DNA of 32,000 bases from Fastidiosibacter lacustris (GTDB lineage Bacteria > Pseudomonadota > Gammaproteobacteria > Francisellales > Francisellaceae). Positions 1 through 8,592 of the stretch are shown here, one piece after another. A model generated the notes under the pieces. It saw only the letters and a list, made by a program, of their open reading frames with translations. It was not told the DNA's origin and made no database searches. The DNA lies in assembly GCF_003428155.1 (NCBI RefSeq), contig NZ_QLIR01000015.1:1-32000 (forward strand). Direction: 5' to 3'. The translations under genes and the position numbers were made by a program. The number at the start of each line of letters is the position of its first letter. Position 1 is the stretch's first letter.

Positions 1-131
1 GTGTTGTTCAATTGAGCTTCATTCTCTACAGCTGTAGGGGTAATGCTACAGCCTGTTATTAGTAAAGCTCCAATCGCAAAAGGTAAAGCTTTTACAAGAA
101 GGTTCCTTTTTTTATTAGTATGATTATTCAT
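1..131 (-). CDS. Lipoprotein precursor, N-terminal 43 codons only (gene continues beyond window start)
   Basis: Not in the ORF track because it is truncated. Minus-strand ATG at 129-131 with GGAG 7 nt upstream. Translation MNNHTNKKRNLLVKALPFAIGALLITGCSITPTAVENEAQLNN shows a basic n-region, a hydrophobic core and lipobox LITGC. The family cannot be assigned from 43 aa. Confidence 0.5.
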   Translation of the reverse strand, partial: MNNHTNKKRNLLVKALPFAIGALLITGCSITPTAVENEAQLNN

Positions 132-452
132 AGCGTTACTCCAGTGAATGATTTGTTCATAAGCTTAAGTGATAGTTAATTAGAAACTTAGACGAAGATT
201 TTTAAAATGCAATATAATATATTGATAATGTACAGATAATATAAGCTAATAACTATAAATTGTTTCATAAGGATATGTAAAAAACTTACTATAGGATAGG
301 GTGCAAAAACTCTTGATAGTAAGCAATTTAATTACTTTCAATAAAACTCTTCCTATATATGGTTTGGAGATATTTTGGAATTGCTGTATATTTAATGAGC
401 TTGAACTATACTTTAACTATACAAGTATAAGAAAAGCATAAGGACAGTTGCA

Positions 453-1025
453 ATGAACAGGCAAATGGGCCTCACAGTTTTTGCACTTGCAACATTTTTG
501 AGTGGATGCAGCTTTCTTTTGCCATCCAAAAAGATTGAGCGTAATGACCAGTGGTCATCTTTTGATAGTATTCAACAGGTTTACGATAAAGTCACTCCAA
601 ATAAAACAAGTGTAAATGAGTTAAAAAATATGGGTTTTGATCCATACGCGGCCAATAATGTTAAGATTGAAAATTACTTAGATACACGTATTCGTTTTGA
701 CCCTTTGAGTACAGGTAAGAATATTCCTGCTCCTGTTGCCAAATGTTTAAGCATGTTTAAGCATTGCCAGGCATACGTTGTCAATGTCGATTACGACTAT
801 GAAAAACGTATTGGTAATGTCTTTCTTGATTTAACGAGTTTTCGTCGAGAAACAATGAAAGAAGGCTGGGGGTTTCAAGCAGTATTTATTATTCAAGATG
901 AGCTTGTCGTCTATAAGCTATGGTCAGGTGAGCCTAAACGTAAAGCCTATATTGATGAGATTCGCCCATTGGGACCACTGCAAAGTTTAGATGATTTAAT
1001 CACAGGAGCTGCTATTTCTTTCTAA
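453..1025 (+). CDS. Putative lipoprotein, unknown function
   Basis: 190-aa ORF. The N-terminus MNRQMGLTVFALATFLSGCSF has a signal peptide plus lipobox (LSGC). AAGGA lies 8 nt upstream of the ATG. No family recognised by eye. Confidence 0.6.
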   Translation: MNRQMGLTVFALATFLSGCSFLLPSKKIERNDQWSSFDSIQQVYDKVTPNKTSVNELKNMGFDPYAANNVKIENYLDTRIRFDPLSTGKNIPAPVAKCLSMFKHCQAYVVNVDYDYEKRIGNVFLDLTSFRRETMKEGWGFQAVFIIQDELVVYKLWSGEPKRKAYIDEIRPLGPLQSLDDLITGAAISF

Positions 1026-1047
1026 TATTATCGTGTTGCAATATATT

Positions 1048-3363
1048 TTAATGGCAATTTGAAGTAACTTTTGAAACTTTAGCAGTCGTTCCACAGTCTT
1101 TTAAACATGTTTGATTGAGCTCTAGTTTAAAGCATAGCTTTTGTGACAAACGCTTCATTATAATAACTAACATTGCCATATAAATAATAACTGCAAGTAT
1201 CCAGCTCAATGCGTGCAAGGGGGCTATGGTCAATTGTGCTAATTGATAGGAGATAACAGCAGCTGTATAAGCAATTGAGGTGCTCCAGATAACAGATATT
1301 ACTGCCCAACCACGTGTAGCTTCACGTGCCATAGCACCAATCACTGAAGCGCAAGGAACATAAAGTAGAACAAATAACATATAAGAAAATGCGGCAGCCA
1401 GAGAACCAAAAGCAATAATCATTGAACCCATCGCTGTTTTATCCATATTAGCATCACTTTCATTAGCTGAGAATGGATTAATAAAAGCACCAATGTTCAT
1501 GTTTTTGAAACTATCAACAGTGTCGTACCAAGATACAGCAAGACCTTCCAAAAGGTCAAATGTTTCATCAGCTGTGGCGGCAAGACTCTGAGGTTTTTCC
1601 TGAGTATAAAGAGTATTTAATGTGCCAACAACAACTTCTTTGGCCAAGGTTCCTGTAAGTAAGCCTACAGTTGCTTGCCAGTTTTCTTCAGACACTCCCA
1701 TTGGTTTCAGAATTGGTGTAATAGCACGTCCAGTTTCAGCAAGTATAGATTGTGGAGACCCTCCTGCTATAACTTGACCGTTTGTTTCAATACTATTGAG
1801 CGTTCCCACTAATACACAAATCGGGATAATCACCTTCCCTGCACGAAAAATAAAACGTTTTAAGCGATCCCAGCTATTGAAGCAAATGGTTTTAAGGTTA
1901 GGTAGATGATAGACAGGTAATTCCATAACAAAGGGGGTACTTTGACCGGTTAACAATGCAAATTTCACAACATAGCCTGTAACAATAGCACCAATAATTC
2001 CAGCGATGTAGAGACTAAATATAATAAAGGCACTATTATGCGGAAAGAACGCTGCGGCGAATACTGCAAAAATCGCTAAGCGTGCACCACAGGACATAAA
2101 GGGTGCCATCATGATTGTCATTAATCTATCACGACGTGTTTCAAGTGTTCGTGCAGCCATTACCGATGGCACATTACAGCCAAACCCAACAATCAAGGGC
2201 ACAAAAGCCTTCCCTGGTAGTCCAATCGCTTGCATGAATCTATCCATGACATAAGCAGCACGCGCCATGTAACCAGAGTCTTCTAAAAAGGATAAAAATA
2301 AAAACATGCAACCAATTTGTGGAATAAAGGTTAAGACGGTATTAATACCTAAGCCTATCCCTTGTGCAATTACTGCAACAAGCCATAAAGGTAAGCCAAG
2401 GTATAAACTTAAATGGGTCATGCCTTCAATAAAAATTATATTTGATGTATTATCGAATAAAGGTTGTAAGGCACCACCAATAGTGATCGAAAACTCAAAC
2501 ATTAAGTACATTACAAATAAGAATATTGGGATACCAAGATATTTATTCATACATACTTTATCAATCAGTTCAGTGGTTTTATGGGGTGTAATTGCTTGAG
2601 TTTTACAGACTTTTTTGATGACGTTTTCAATTGCCTTATAGCGTGCAGTAGATAAAGCGATGTCAGTTTTCTGATCAAGTTTAAAGTATGCTTTTAATTG
2701 TTGTAAGCGCTCGTAAGTTATACCGTCAAATAGTGTTTTTAACAGGTAGTTATCTTCTGCTAACGATGTAGCAAGCCATAAATTGGGATAATCGTGAGTA
2801 AGCTCAGTCAAAGTATTGGTTAAAGCATTTATTTCGTTTGGGTAATACTGTTCCAATGTATAACAAGACGATGAGTGTGTTTGAAATAACGCACTTTTTA
2901 GCTCATCAATTCCTACTTTTTTACGACCAATGACTGGAACAACCATACAACCTAACGTTTCTTGAAGCTTTTGATAATTTATGACAATTCCTTTTTTATT
3001 TGCAACATCTATCATATTAATTGCTAAGATAACAGGAATTTCTGTCTCGATTAATTGCATGGTCAGATAGAGATTTCTCTCTAAATTTGATGCGTCAATG
3101 ACGTTGATAATTGCATCTGGCTTATCTTCGACGATAAAGCGTGATGCAATTTGTTCATCAATTGAAGATTGATCGCTTGTGGTTAGTGTATAAATGCCAG
3201 GTAGATCAACGATTTCAAGGCGTTGATTATCAGATTCAATATAACCAACCTTTCTATCGACGGTAACACCACTCCAGTTACCTACTTTTTGTTTAAGCCC
3301 AGTTAAAGCATTAAAAAGAGTCGTTTTACCACAATTGGGATTACCTATGATTGCATATTTCAT
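1048..3363 (-). CDS. feoB: Ferrous iron transporter FeoB
   Basis: 771 aa. N-terminal G-domain with GNPNCGKTTLFNALTG (G1), DLPG (G3) and NMID (G4), followed by a long polytopic membrane domain. The start codon overlaps the feoA stop (ATGA at 3360-3363). Confidence 0.95.
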   Translation of the reverse strand: MKYAIIGNPNCGKTTLFNALTGLKQKVGNWSGVTVDRKVGYIESDNQRLEIVDLPGIYTLTTSDQSSIDEQIASRFIVEDKPDAIINVIDASNLERNLYLTMQLIETEIPVILAINMIDVANKKGIVINYQKLQETLGCMVVPVIGRKKVGIDELKSALFQTHSSSCYTLEQYYPNEINALTNTLTELTHDYPNLWLATSLAEDNYLLKTLFDGITYERLQQLKAYFKLDQKTDIALSTARYKAIENVIKKVCKTQAITPHKTTELIDKVCMNKYLGIPIFLFVMYLMFEFSITIGGALQPLFDNTSNIIFIEGMTHLSLYLGLPLWLVAVIAQGIGLGINTVLTFIPQIGCMFLFLSFLEDSGYMARAAYVMDRFMQAIGLPGKAFVPLIVGFGCNVPSVMAARTLETRRDRLMTIMMAPFMSCGARLAIFAVFAAAFFPHNSAFIIFSLYIAGIIGAIVTGYVVKFALLTGQSTPFVMELPVYHLPNLKTICFNSWDRLKRFIFRAGKVIIPICVLVGTLNSIETNGQVIAGGSPQSILAETGRAITPILKPMGVSEENWQATVGLLTGTLAKEVVVGTLNTLYTQEKPQSLAATADETFDLLEGLAVSWYDTVDSFKNMNIGAFINPFSANESDANMDKTAMGSMIIAFGSLAAAFSYMLFVLLYVPCASVIGAMAREATRGWAVISVIWSTSIAYTAAVISYQLAQLTIAPLHALSWILAVIIYMAMLVIIMKRLSQKLCFKLELNQTCLKDCGTTAKVSKVTSNCH

Positions 3364-3581
3364 ATTTTTTCAACCTGCATGAATAAAATTTCTGATTTGC
3401 GAAGTGAAACCGAAAAGTTTTTTATGGTAATGTGGTAAGGGTTACCAAACAGTGCTTTTTTAGCAATATAAAAGCTACCCCCTGGAATAAAACCAAGTGA
3501 GAGTAATTTTTGCATGTAGTTACGAGGGCAGTTGTCGTTAAATCCTAGGATTTTATAAGCCTGCTTGGTTTTAATAGTCAT
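3360..3581 (-). CDS. feoA: Ferrous iron transport protein FeoA
   Basis: 73-aa small protein immediately upstream of feoB and translationally coupled to it by a 4-nt overlap. Size and sequence style match the FeoA family. Confidence 0.85.
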   Translation of the reverse strand: MTIKTKQAYKILGFNDNCPRNYMQKLLSLGFIPGGSFYIAKKALFGNPYHITIKNFSVSLRKSEILFMQVEKI

Positions 3582-3614
3582 AATTATCGTGAATTGGTTA
3601 GCAAGTAGCTTGGC

Positions 3615-3643
3615 ATTATAGCTATCAGTTGAGTTTGAGTCAA
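3615..3643 (-). promoter_or_regulatory. Predicted sigma70 promoter of feoAB (TTGACT - 17 nt - TATAAT)
   Basis: The minus strand reads TTGACT (3643-3638), a 17-nt spacer CAAACTCAACTGATAGC, then TATAAT (3620-3615). The -10 ends 33 nt upstream of the feoA ATG (3581). Confidence 0.6.
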
Positions 3644-3644
3644 C

Positions 3645-3661
3645 TCAATTGATAAGCATTA

Positions 3662-3663
<2 letters not shown>
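3645..3663 (-). promoter_or_regulatory. Candidate Fur box abutting the feoAB -35 element
   Basis: The minus strand reads GATAATGCTTATCAATTGA, matching the classical Fur consensus GATAATGATAATCATTATC at 13/19. The plus-strand reading matches at 14/19. It sits directly upstream of the -35 and overlaps the wrbA stop codon. feo operons are classically Fur-regulated. Confidence 0.5.
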
Positions 3664-4255
<592 letters not shown>

Positions 4256-4257
4256 TT

Positions 4258-5439
4258 ATGGCAAAGTTAATATGCCACTATAGTAAGCGATTTTTAAGTT
4301 TCTGGGTATGGGTGTTTAAAGCATATATGCAACAAAATTGCCTTGCCAAAGCATCGGTCTTAGCATTAACGAGTCTATTTGCCTTGGTGCCATTGTTAAT
4401 GGTGTCAATTTCTATTTTAAGTATGTTACCTGTCTTTAAGAGTATGCAGGGTGACTTTCAGCAGTTTATTTTACAAAACATGCTGCCAAGTTCAGGTGAA
4501 GTAGTGAATGAATATTTAAAAATGTTCATGCAAAATCGTGCAGGGCTTCCAATTACTGCTGTGGTGGTATTGTTCTTTATCAGTATTATGATGATGCGTT
4601 CACTGGAAAAAGTACTCAACGACATCTGGCAGGTCAAAAAAGAGCGCCCCTTATCCCAAGCTTTTTTATTATATTGGGCGGTGTTGAGTTTGGGACCGTT
4701 ACTGGTTGGTGCAAGTTTAGGTTTGAGTTCATATTTGCTGTCATGGCATTGGCTTAATGATGGTGTGAGCAGGTTTGTGAATTTTTTGCAGATTTTGCCA
4801 TTTGTCTTTAATTTAATCGCATTTACGTTTATCTATCAGGTTGTGCCCTTCACGCGTGTGAAGCTTAAGCACGCCATATTAGGCGGCTTGTTGATGGCGC
4901 TTGTGTTTGATCTGGCTAAAAAAGCATTTGCTTGGTACGCGCTGAATTTGCCGACCTATGAGATGCTGTATGGTGCCCTGGCGATCATTCCGTTGTTTAT
5001 CCTTTGGGTTGCCATTTCCTGGCAGTTATTGTTACTTGGTGCGATCGTTGTTCGCATGTTAAGTCTTGAGCCAGTCTTGCGCGGACAAGGAAAAGCCATG
5101 CGTTTTGAGCTTTCGATCAAAATTTTAAAAGTGCTTTATGAACAGCAAAAAAGCAAACGGGCTGTGAGTAAAAATGAGTTGATTAAAATTGGCTTAGATG
5201 TTGATTTAAACGCATTGGATGAGCTGCTAGCGCTACTGGTAAAACACCACTATGTCTGTATTACCCAAGAGCAAAAGTATGTGTTAAGCTGTGATCTTGC
5301 CACGGAAAAGCTCAATGTGCTCTATCAAAACCTGGCATGTTTTCTGAGTCTTAGTAAGGATGAAAATATTGAGCTAAGCTCGCTTAAGGCAGGCATGCAC
5401 AAACAGATGGATTTAGCGCTAATTAACTTGGTTATTTGA
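4258..5439 (+). CDS. yihY: YihY/BrkB (ribonuclease BN-like) family inner membrane protein with about 100-aa C-terminal cytoplasmic extension
   Basis: 393 aa. Residues 1-285 align with E. coli YihY (LALTSLFALVPLL vs LAYVSLLSLVPLV; YWAVLSLGPLLVGASLGLSSYLLS vs [24 protein letters not shown]). Residues from about 285 to 393 have no E. coli counterpart. Confidence 0.8.
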   Translation: MAKLICHYSKRFLSFWVWVFKAYMQQNCLAKASVLALTSLFALVPLLMVSISILSMLPVFKSMQGDFQQFILQNMLPSSGEVVNEYLKMFMQNRAGLPITAVVVLFFISIMMMRSLEKVLNDIWQVKKERPLSQAFLLYWAVLSLGPLLVGASLGLSSYLLSWHWLNDGVSRFVNFLQILPFVFNLIAFTFIYQVVPFTRVKLKHAILGGLLMALVFDLAKKAFAWYALNLPTYEMLYGALAIIPLFILWVAISWQLLLLGAIVVRMLSLEPVLRGQGKAMRFELSIKILKVLYEQQKSKRAVSKNELIKIGLDVDLNALDELLALLVKHHYVCITQEQKYVLSCDLATEKLNVLYQNLACFLSLSKDENIELSSLKAGMHKQMDLALINLVI

Positions 5440-5477
5440 CTAAATAAGATACAGTTTGGTCAAAATAATCGGTTAAC

Positions 5478-5706
5478 TTTTTTGTAGACACTGGCAGAAA
5501 AATCACTGGGTATTTCATTGACTGCAATAAGGATTCGCCATCAAAAGGAAGTCAGGTAATTGTCAGTTATTCTCCTTCCAGATTTCATCATCCCAAAGGT
5601 GGTCGCTCATACTTTTGATAATCTTGAGCGAATTGTGACCAGAGATGAGCCAACTTGGCTTATTGGTCCTGCGGCTGCTGAAATGTTAATCTTCTGGTTT
5701 AATTGA
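5478..5706 (+). pseudogene. dtd: Decayed D-aminoacyl-tRNA deacylase gene (dtd remnant): 5' truncated, frameshifted, internally deleted
   Basis: Two overlapping frames give Dtd-like segments. Frame 5478-5618 reads ...GRKITGYFIDCNKDSPSKGSQVIVSYSPSRFHHPKGGRSYF*. Frame 5599-5706 reads ...AHTFDNLERIVTRDEPTWLIGPAAAEMLIFWFN*. Compare E. coli Dtd ...RVLGYRIFSD...[24 protein letters not shown]...ALYDYFVERC...[23 protein letters not shown]. The position downstream of yihY matches the E. coli yihY-dtd synteny. The alignment is by eye from memory. Confidence 0.5.
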
Positions 5707-6049
5707 CCTAATATGGGTGTTAGCTGTTGCCATTATTTTTCAGTTGATCGTTCTATGGGCAGCATATCGTTATTGTTGCCATAAGCATGTGCTATTTGGT
5801 GTTTAGAAGGAAGCTGTGGATGCTGGAAATATTAAGCTATCCGTAAAGCTGGATGAGTAAGTATAATACTCTCAACTATCTTGACAGTTGGGGGTATTTA
5901 TAGTGCTTAATGTGATTTGGCGAAAGAGACAGTTTATGCCCTTTACCCAAATTTAGGTTATTTCTTAGATCTAGATGAAAAGCTAGAAGGTAAATTAAGT
6001 AGTGTGCAACAAATCATTAGTATGATACTCAAGTAACCCATTATTGACT

Positions 6050-8224
6050 TTATTTAATTTCGATCGGATCGATATCAACTGTGATTTTTACTTTTTTTCG
6101 TGTAGTTGCAATTTCATGTTTAATGGATTTAAGGAGTTTTTGCAAAGTTGAGCGGTTTTTTGCTGTGAGCATCAACATAAATCGATAATAACCTGCTTGT
6201 TTGATATTAATGGCTGGCAAAACAGGAGAAATGTCACATTTAAATTGATAGTGCAGGTTATAGTGAGATAAGCTGTGATAGAGTTTTTGCAAAGCATAAG
6301 TACACATTTCAGTTTTTGTGGCTTGTGCGTAGATGTATGCTTGATAGGAAAAGGGTGGGTAGTTTAAAAGTTTACGTGTTTCAAGTGCATGGTGCAAGAA
6401 TTGCTCATAGTGTTTTTGTAAAATCAAATGCAAAATTGAGTTATCTGGTTGATAAGTTTGGATATAAACTTCTCCACTTTTATTACCACGCCCTGTTCTT
6501 CCTGCCACTTGCGTAATTAATTGCGCAGTTTTTTCAATAGCGTGGAAATCTTGACTATAAAACCCAGCATCAGCATTGATAACTCCAACCAGTGTGACAT
6601 GCTGAAAGTCGTGTCCTTTGGTGATCATTTGCGTGCCAACAATAATATCGATATGGTTACTTTTGATATTGTTTAATTGTGCTTCAAGCTCACCTTTTCT
6701 TTGTGTTGAGCTGCGATCTAAGCGAGCAACGTTGGCATAAGGGAAAATATCCATAAGCTGGTCTTCTAGCTTTTCGGTACCATTACCAAAATCAATTAAA
6801 TTATGTGATTTACAATTTGGGCATTCAGTAATGATTTCTTTTGCCTTTCCACAAAAATGACAGGCTAAGTGTTGGGGTTTTTTGTGCAAGGTATAAGGTT
6901 TTTGGCAGTGGTTACAGTTTGCACACCAACCACATGCTTGGCAAATAAGGCTATGTGCAAATCCACGCCGATTAATAAACAGCAATGCCTGTTCACCTTT
7001 AGCAATTACTTGTTGTATTTTATCGATCAATACTTGGCTTAAACCTAAGACAGTTTGTTGTTTTTGCATATTAATGATGTGTATCGTATTTTGTGTTTGA
7101 TTAAGTGCTCGTTTTTTAAGAGAAATCAAATGATATTTATTAGAAATGGCATGATGATAGCTTTCCAGAGAGGGTGTACCACTACCCAAGAGTATTGGAA
7201 CATTGAACTTTTGTGCTTTCATAATTGCAACGTCTCGCGCATGATAATTGGGTATGTTCTGCTGTTTGTAGGATGCATCATGTTCTTCATCTACAATAAT
7301 CATTTTAAGCTTAGGCAAATCAAAAAACAGCCCAATTCTGGTGGCAATAATTATATTAATGTTCCCTTCCTTTGCATGAAGCCAAACATCTAACCGTGCT
7401 TGATCTGTTAGTTGTGAATGAATAACAGCCATTGGTTGAGTCAATCTGTTTTGAAAGCGATTAAGCGTTTGTGGTGTGAGATTGATTTCAGGAACAAGAA
7501 TCAAAACTTGCCCACCTTTTTCTACAATAGGTTTGATTGTTTCAATGTATATTTCCGTTTTTCCACTACCAGTTACACCATATAATAGTATTGTATTGAA
7601 ATAATCTAAACGAGTAGAAATTGTTGAGACTATTTTTTGTTGTTCTGTTGTTAGTGTTTTAGGATACGTTTGTCGTTGTGTGTTATAAAACGGATTATAT
7701 GGATACACGTATTTCTGAATGGCGCTTTTATTTAGTAAAGCTTTTAGTGTTTGTGGCAGAACTCCCAATTTAATGAGTTCACTATGGTTGAGAACTTGAC
7801 GTTGCTTGAGTAATTCAATTAACTGATTTTGTTTGTGTGCATTTTTGGCAAGTTTAATATTAGAATTCGCTAATCTATATTCAATTACTTCAGAGTAAAA
7901 GGCTTGTTCTTTTTGTAGTAGAAGCTTAGGAATTGCCAATTTTAATGCCTGATAGAGTGAGCATTGGTAATAGGTTGAAAGCCAATTAATGAGCACGATG
8001 GTACGATTAGAAACGATGGCGTTACAATCAAGCACTTTGATCACTTGCTTTAGCTTATCCTTAGTAACGGCACAGTCAGGATTGATTTGGCTAATAATAC
8101 CAATAAGCTTGCGCTTTCCTAAAGGAACTAAAACACGTGTATAAAGCACGGGATGAGAAAAAGGGTAAAGATAGTCCAGTCCATCCTCAAAAGGTCCTTG
8201 CACCAGTATTCGAACGATTATCAT
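6050..8224 (-). CDS. priA: Primosomal replication-restart helicase PriA
   Basis: 724 aa. Walker A GVTGSGKTE, DExH box IVDEEHD, and a Cys-rich zinc-binding insertion (CQACGWCANCNHC...CHFCG...CPNC). The N-terminal region is similar to E. coli PriA. Confidence 0.95.
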   Translation of the reverse strand: MIIVRILVQGPFEDGLDYLYPFSHPVLYTRVLVPLGKRKLIGIISQINPDCAVTKDKLKQVIKVLDCNAIVSNRTIVLINWLSTYYQCSLYQALKLAIPKLLLQKEQAFYSEVIEYRLANSNIKLAKNAHKQNQLIELLKQRQVLNHSELIKLGVLPQTLKALLNKSAIQKYVYPYNPFYNTQRQTYPKTLTTEQQKIVSTISTRLDYFNTILLYGVTGSGKTEIYIETIKPIVEKGGQVLILVPEINLTPQTLNRFQNRLTQPMAVIHSQLTDQARLDVWLHAKEGNINIIIATRIGLFFDLPKLKMIIVDEEHDASYKQQNIPNYHARDVAIMKAQKFNVPILLGSGTPSLESYHHAISNKYHLISLKKRALNQTQNTIHIINMQKQQTVLGLSQVLIDKIQQVIAKGEQALLFINRRGFAHSLICQACGWCANCNHCQKPYTLHKKPQHLACHFCGKAKEIITECPNCKSHNLIDFGNGTEKLEDQLMDIFPYANVARLDRSSTQRKGELEAQLNNIKSNHIDIIVGTQMITKGHDFQHVTLVGVINADAGFYSQDFHAIEKTAQLITQVAGRTGRGNKSGEVYIQTYQPDNSILHLILQKHYEQFLHHALETRKLLNYPPFSYQAYIYAQATKTEMCTYALQKLYHSLSHYNLHYQFKCDISPVLPAINIKQAGYYRFMLMLTAKNRSTLQKLLKSIKHEIATTRKKVKITVDIDPIEIK

Positions 8225-8592
8225 TGTAATACTGCTTTACGAAGGTTGATCACTTTTTTTCTGTAATCTTACGATGAACTACATTATTTGTTTGACCATC
8301 ATAAATCCCTGTTACTATGTGTTGCTTTAATGTCATAAATTACTCCAGGCTTGAACTTTAGAGTGCTACAGTAATACAAAATAATGAAAATTCCAACTAC
8401 AATAAGTATGCTATTTCTACAAGGATGCTGCTTTAAAAATTGTGATAGGAATACTCTTGATTAGATACTTAGAGTAAAATTTTAATGAGGTGATTCTAAA
8501 AATGCTTTCTAACTTTAAAATATCCTTTTGCTTATTTGCAATCTGAGGATGCTTCCCATAGAATAGGTCAACTTCAATCAAGGCGTTTTTTC

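Noticed and set aside
224-242. GATAATGTACAGATAAT in the divergent lipoprotein intergenic region looked Fur-box-like.
   Set aside because: Only about 8/19 match the consensus once aligned. It lacks the ATGCTTATCA core shared by the other two candidate sites.
1048-1155. Cys-rich C-terminal tail of FeoB (4 Cys in the last 29 aa) combined with the absence of feoC. I considered a built-in FeoC-like Fe-S sensor.
   Set aside because: As far as I recall, Cys-containing C-terminal tails occur in other FeoB proteins, including E. coli, and many bacteria lack feoC. It is not distinctive without comparative data.
5544-5556. AAAGGAAGTCAGG resembles the RNase P RNA CR-I box GAGGAAAGUCCGG.
   Set aside because: No other RNase P conserved regions or helices surround it. 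The stretch falls inside the dtd-like reading frame (SKGSQV).
8536-8592. N-terminal extension of carA from TTG 8536, and likewise of era from TTG 26581 to 26673.
   Set aside because: The extensions (MQSEDASHRIGQLQSRRFF and MQCNIGLMILFDNMQVYDYNKHKFIRTAIVR) have no counterpart in CarA or Era homologs. Internal ATGs at 8593 and 26674 give N-termini that match E. coli in length and sequence.
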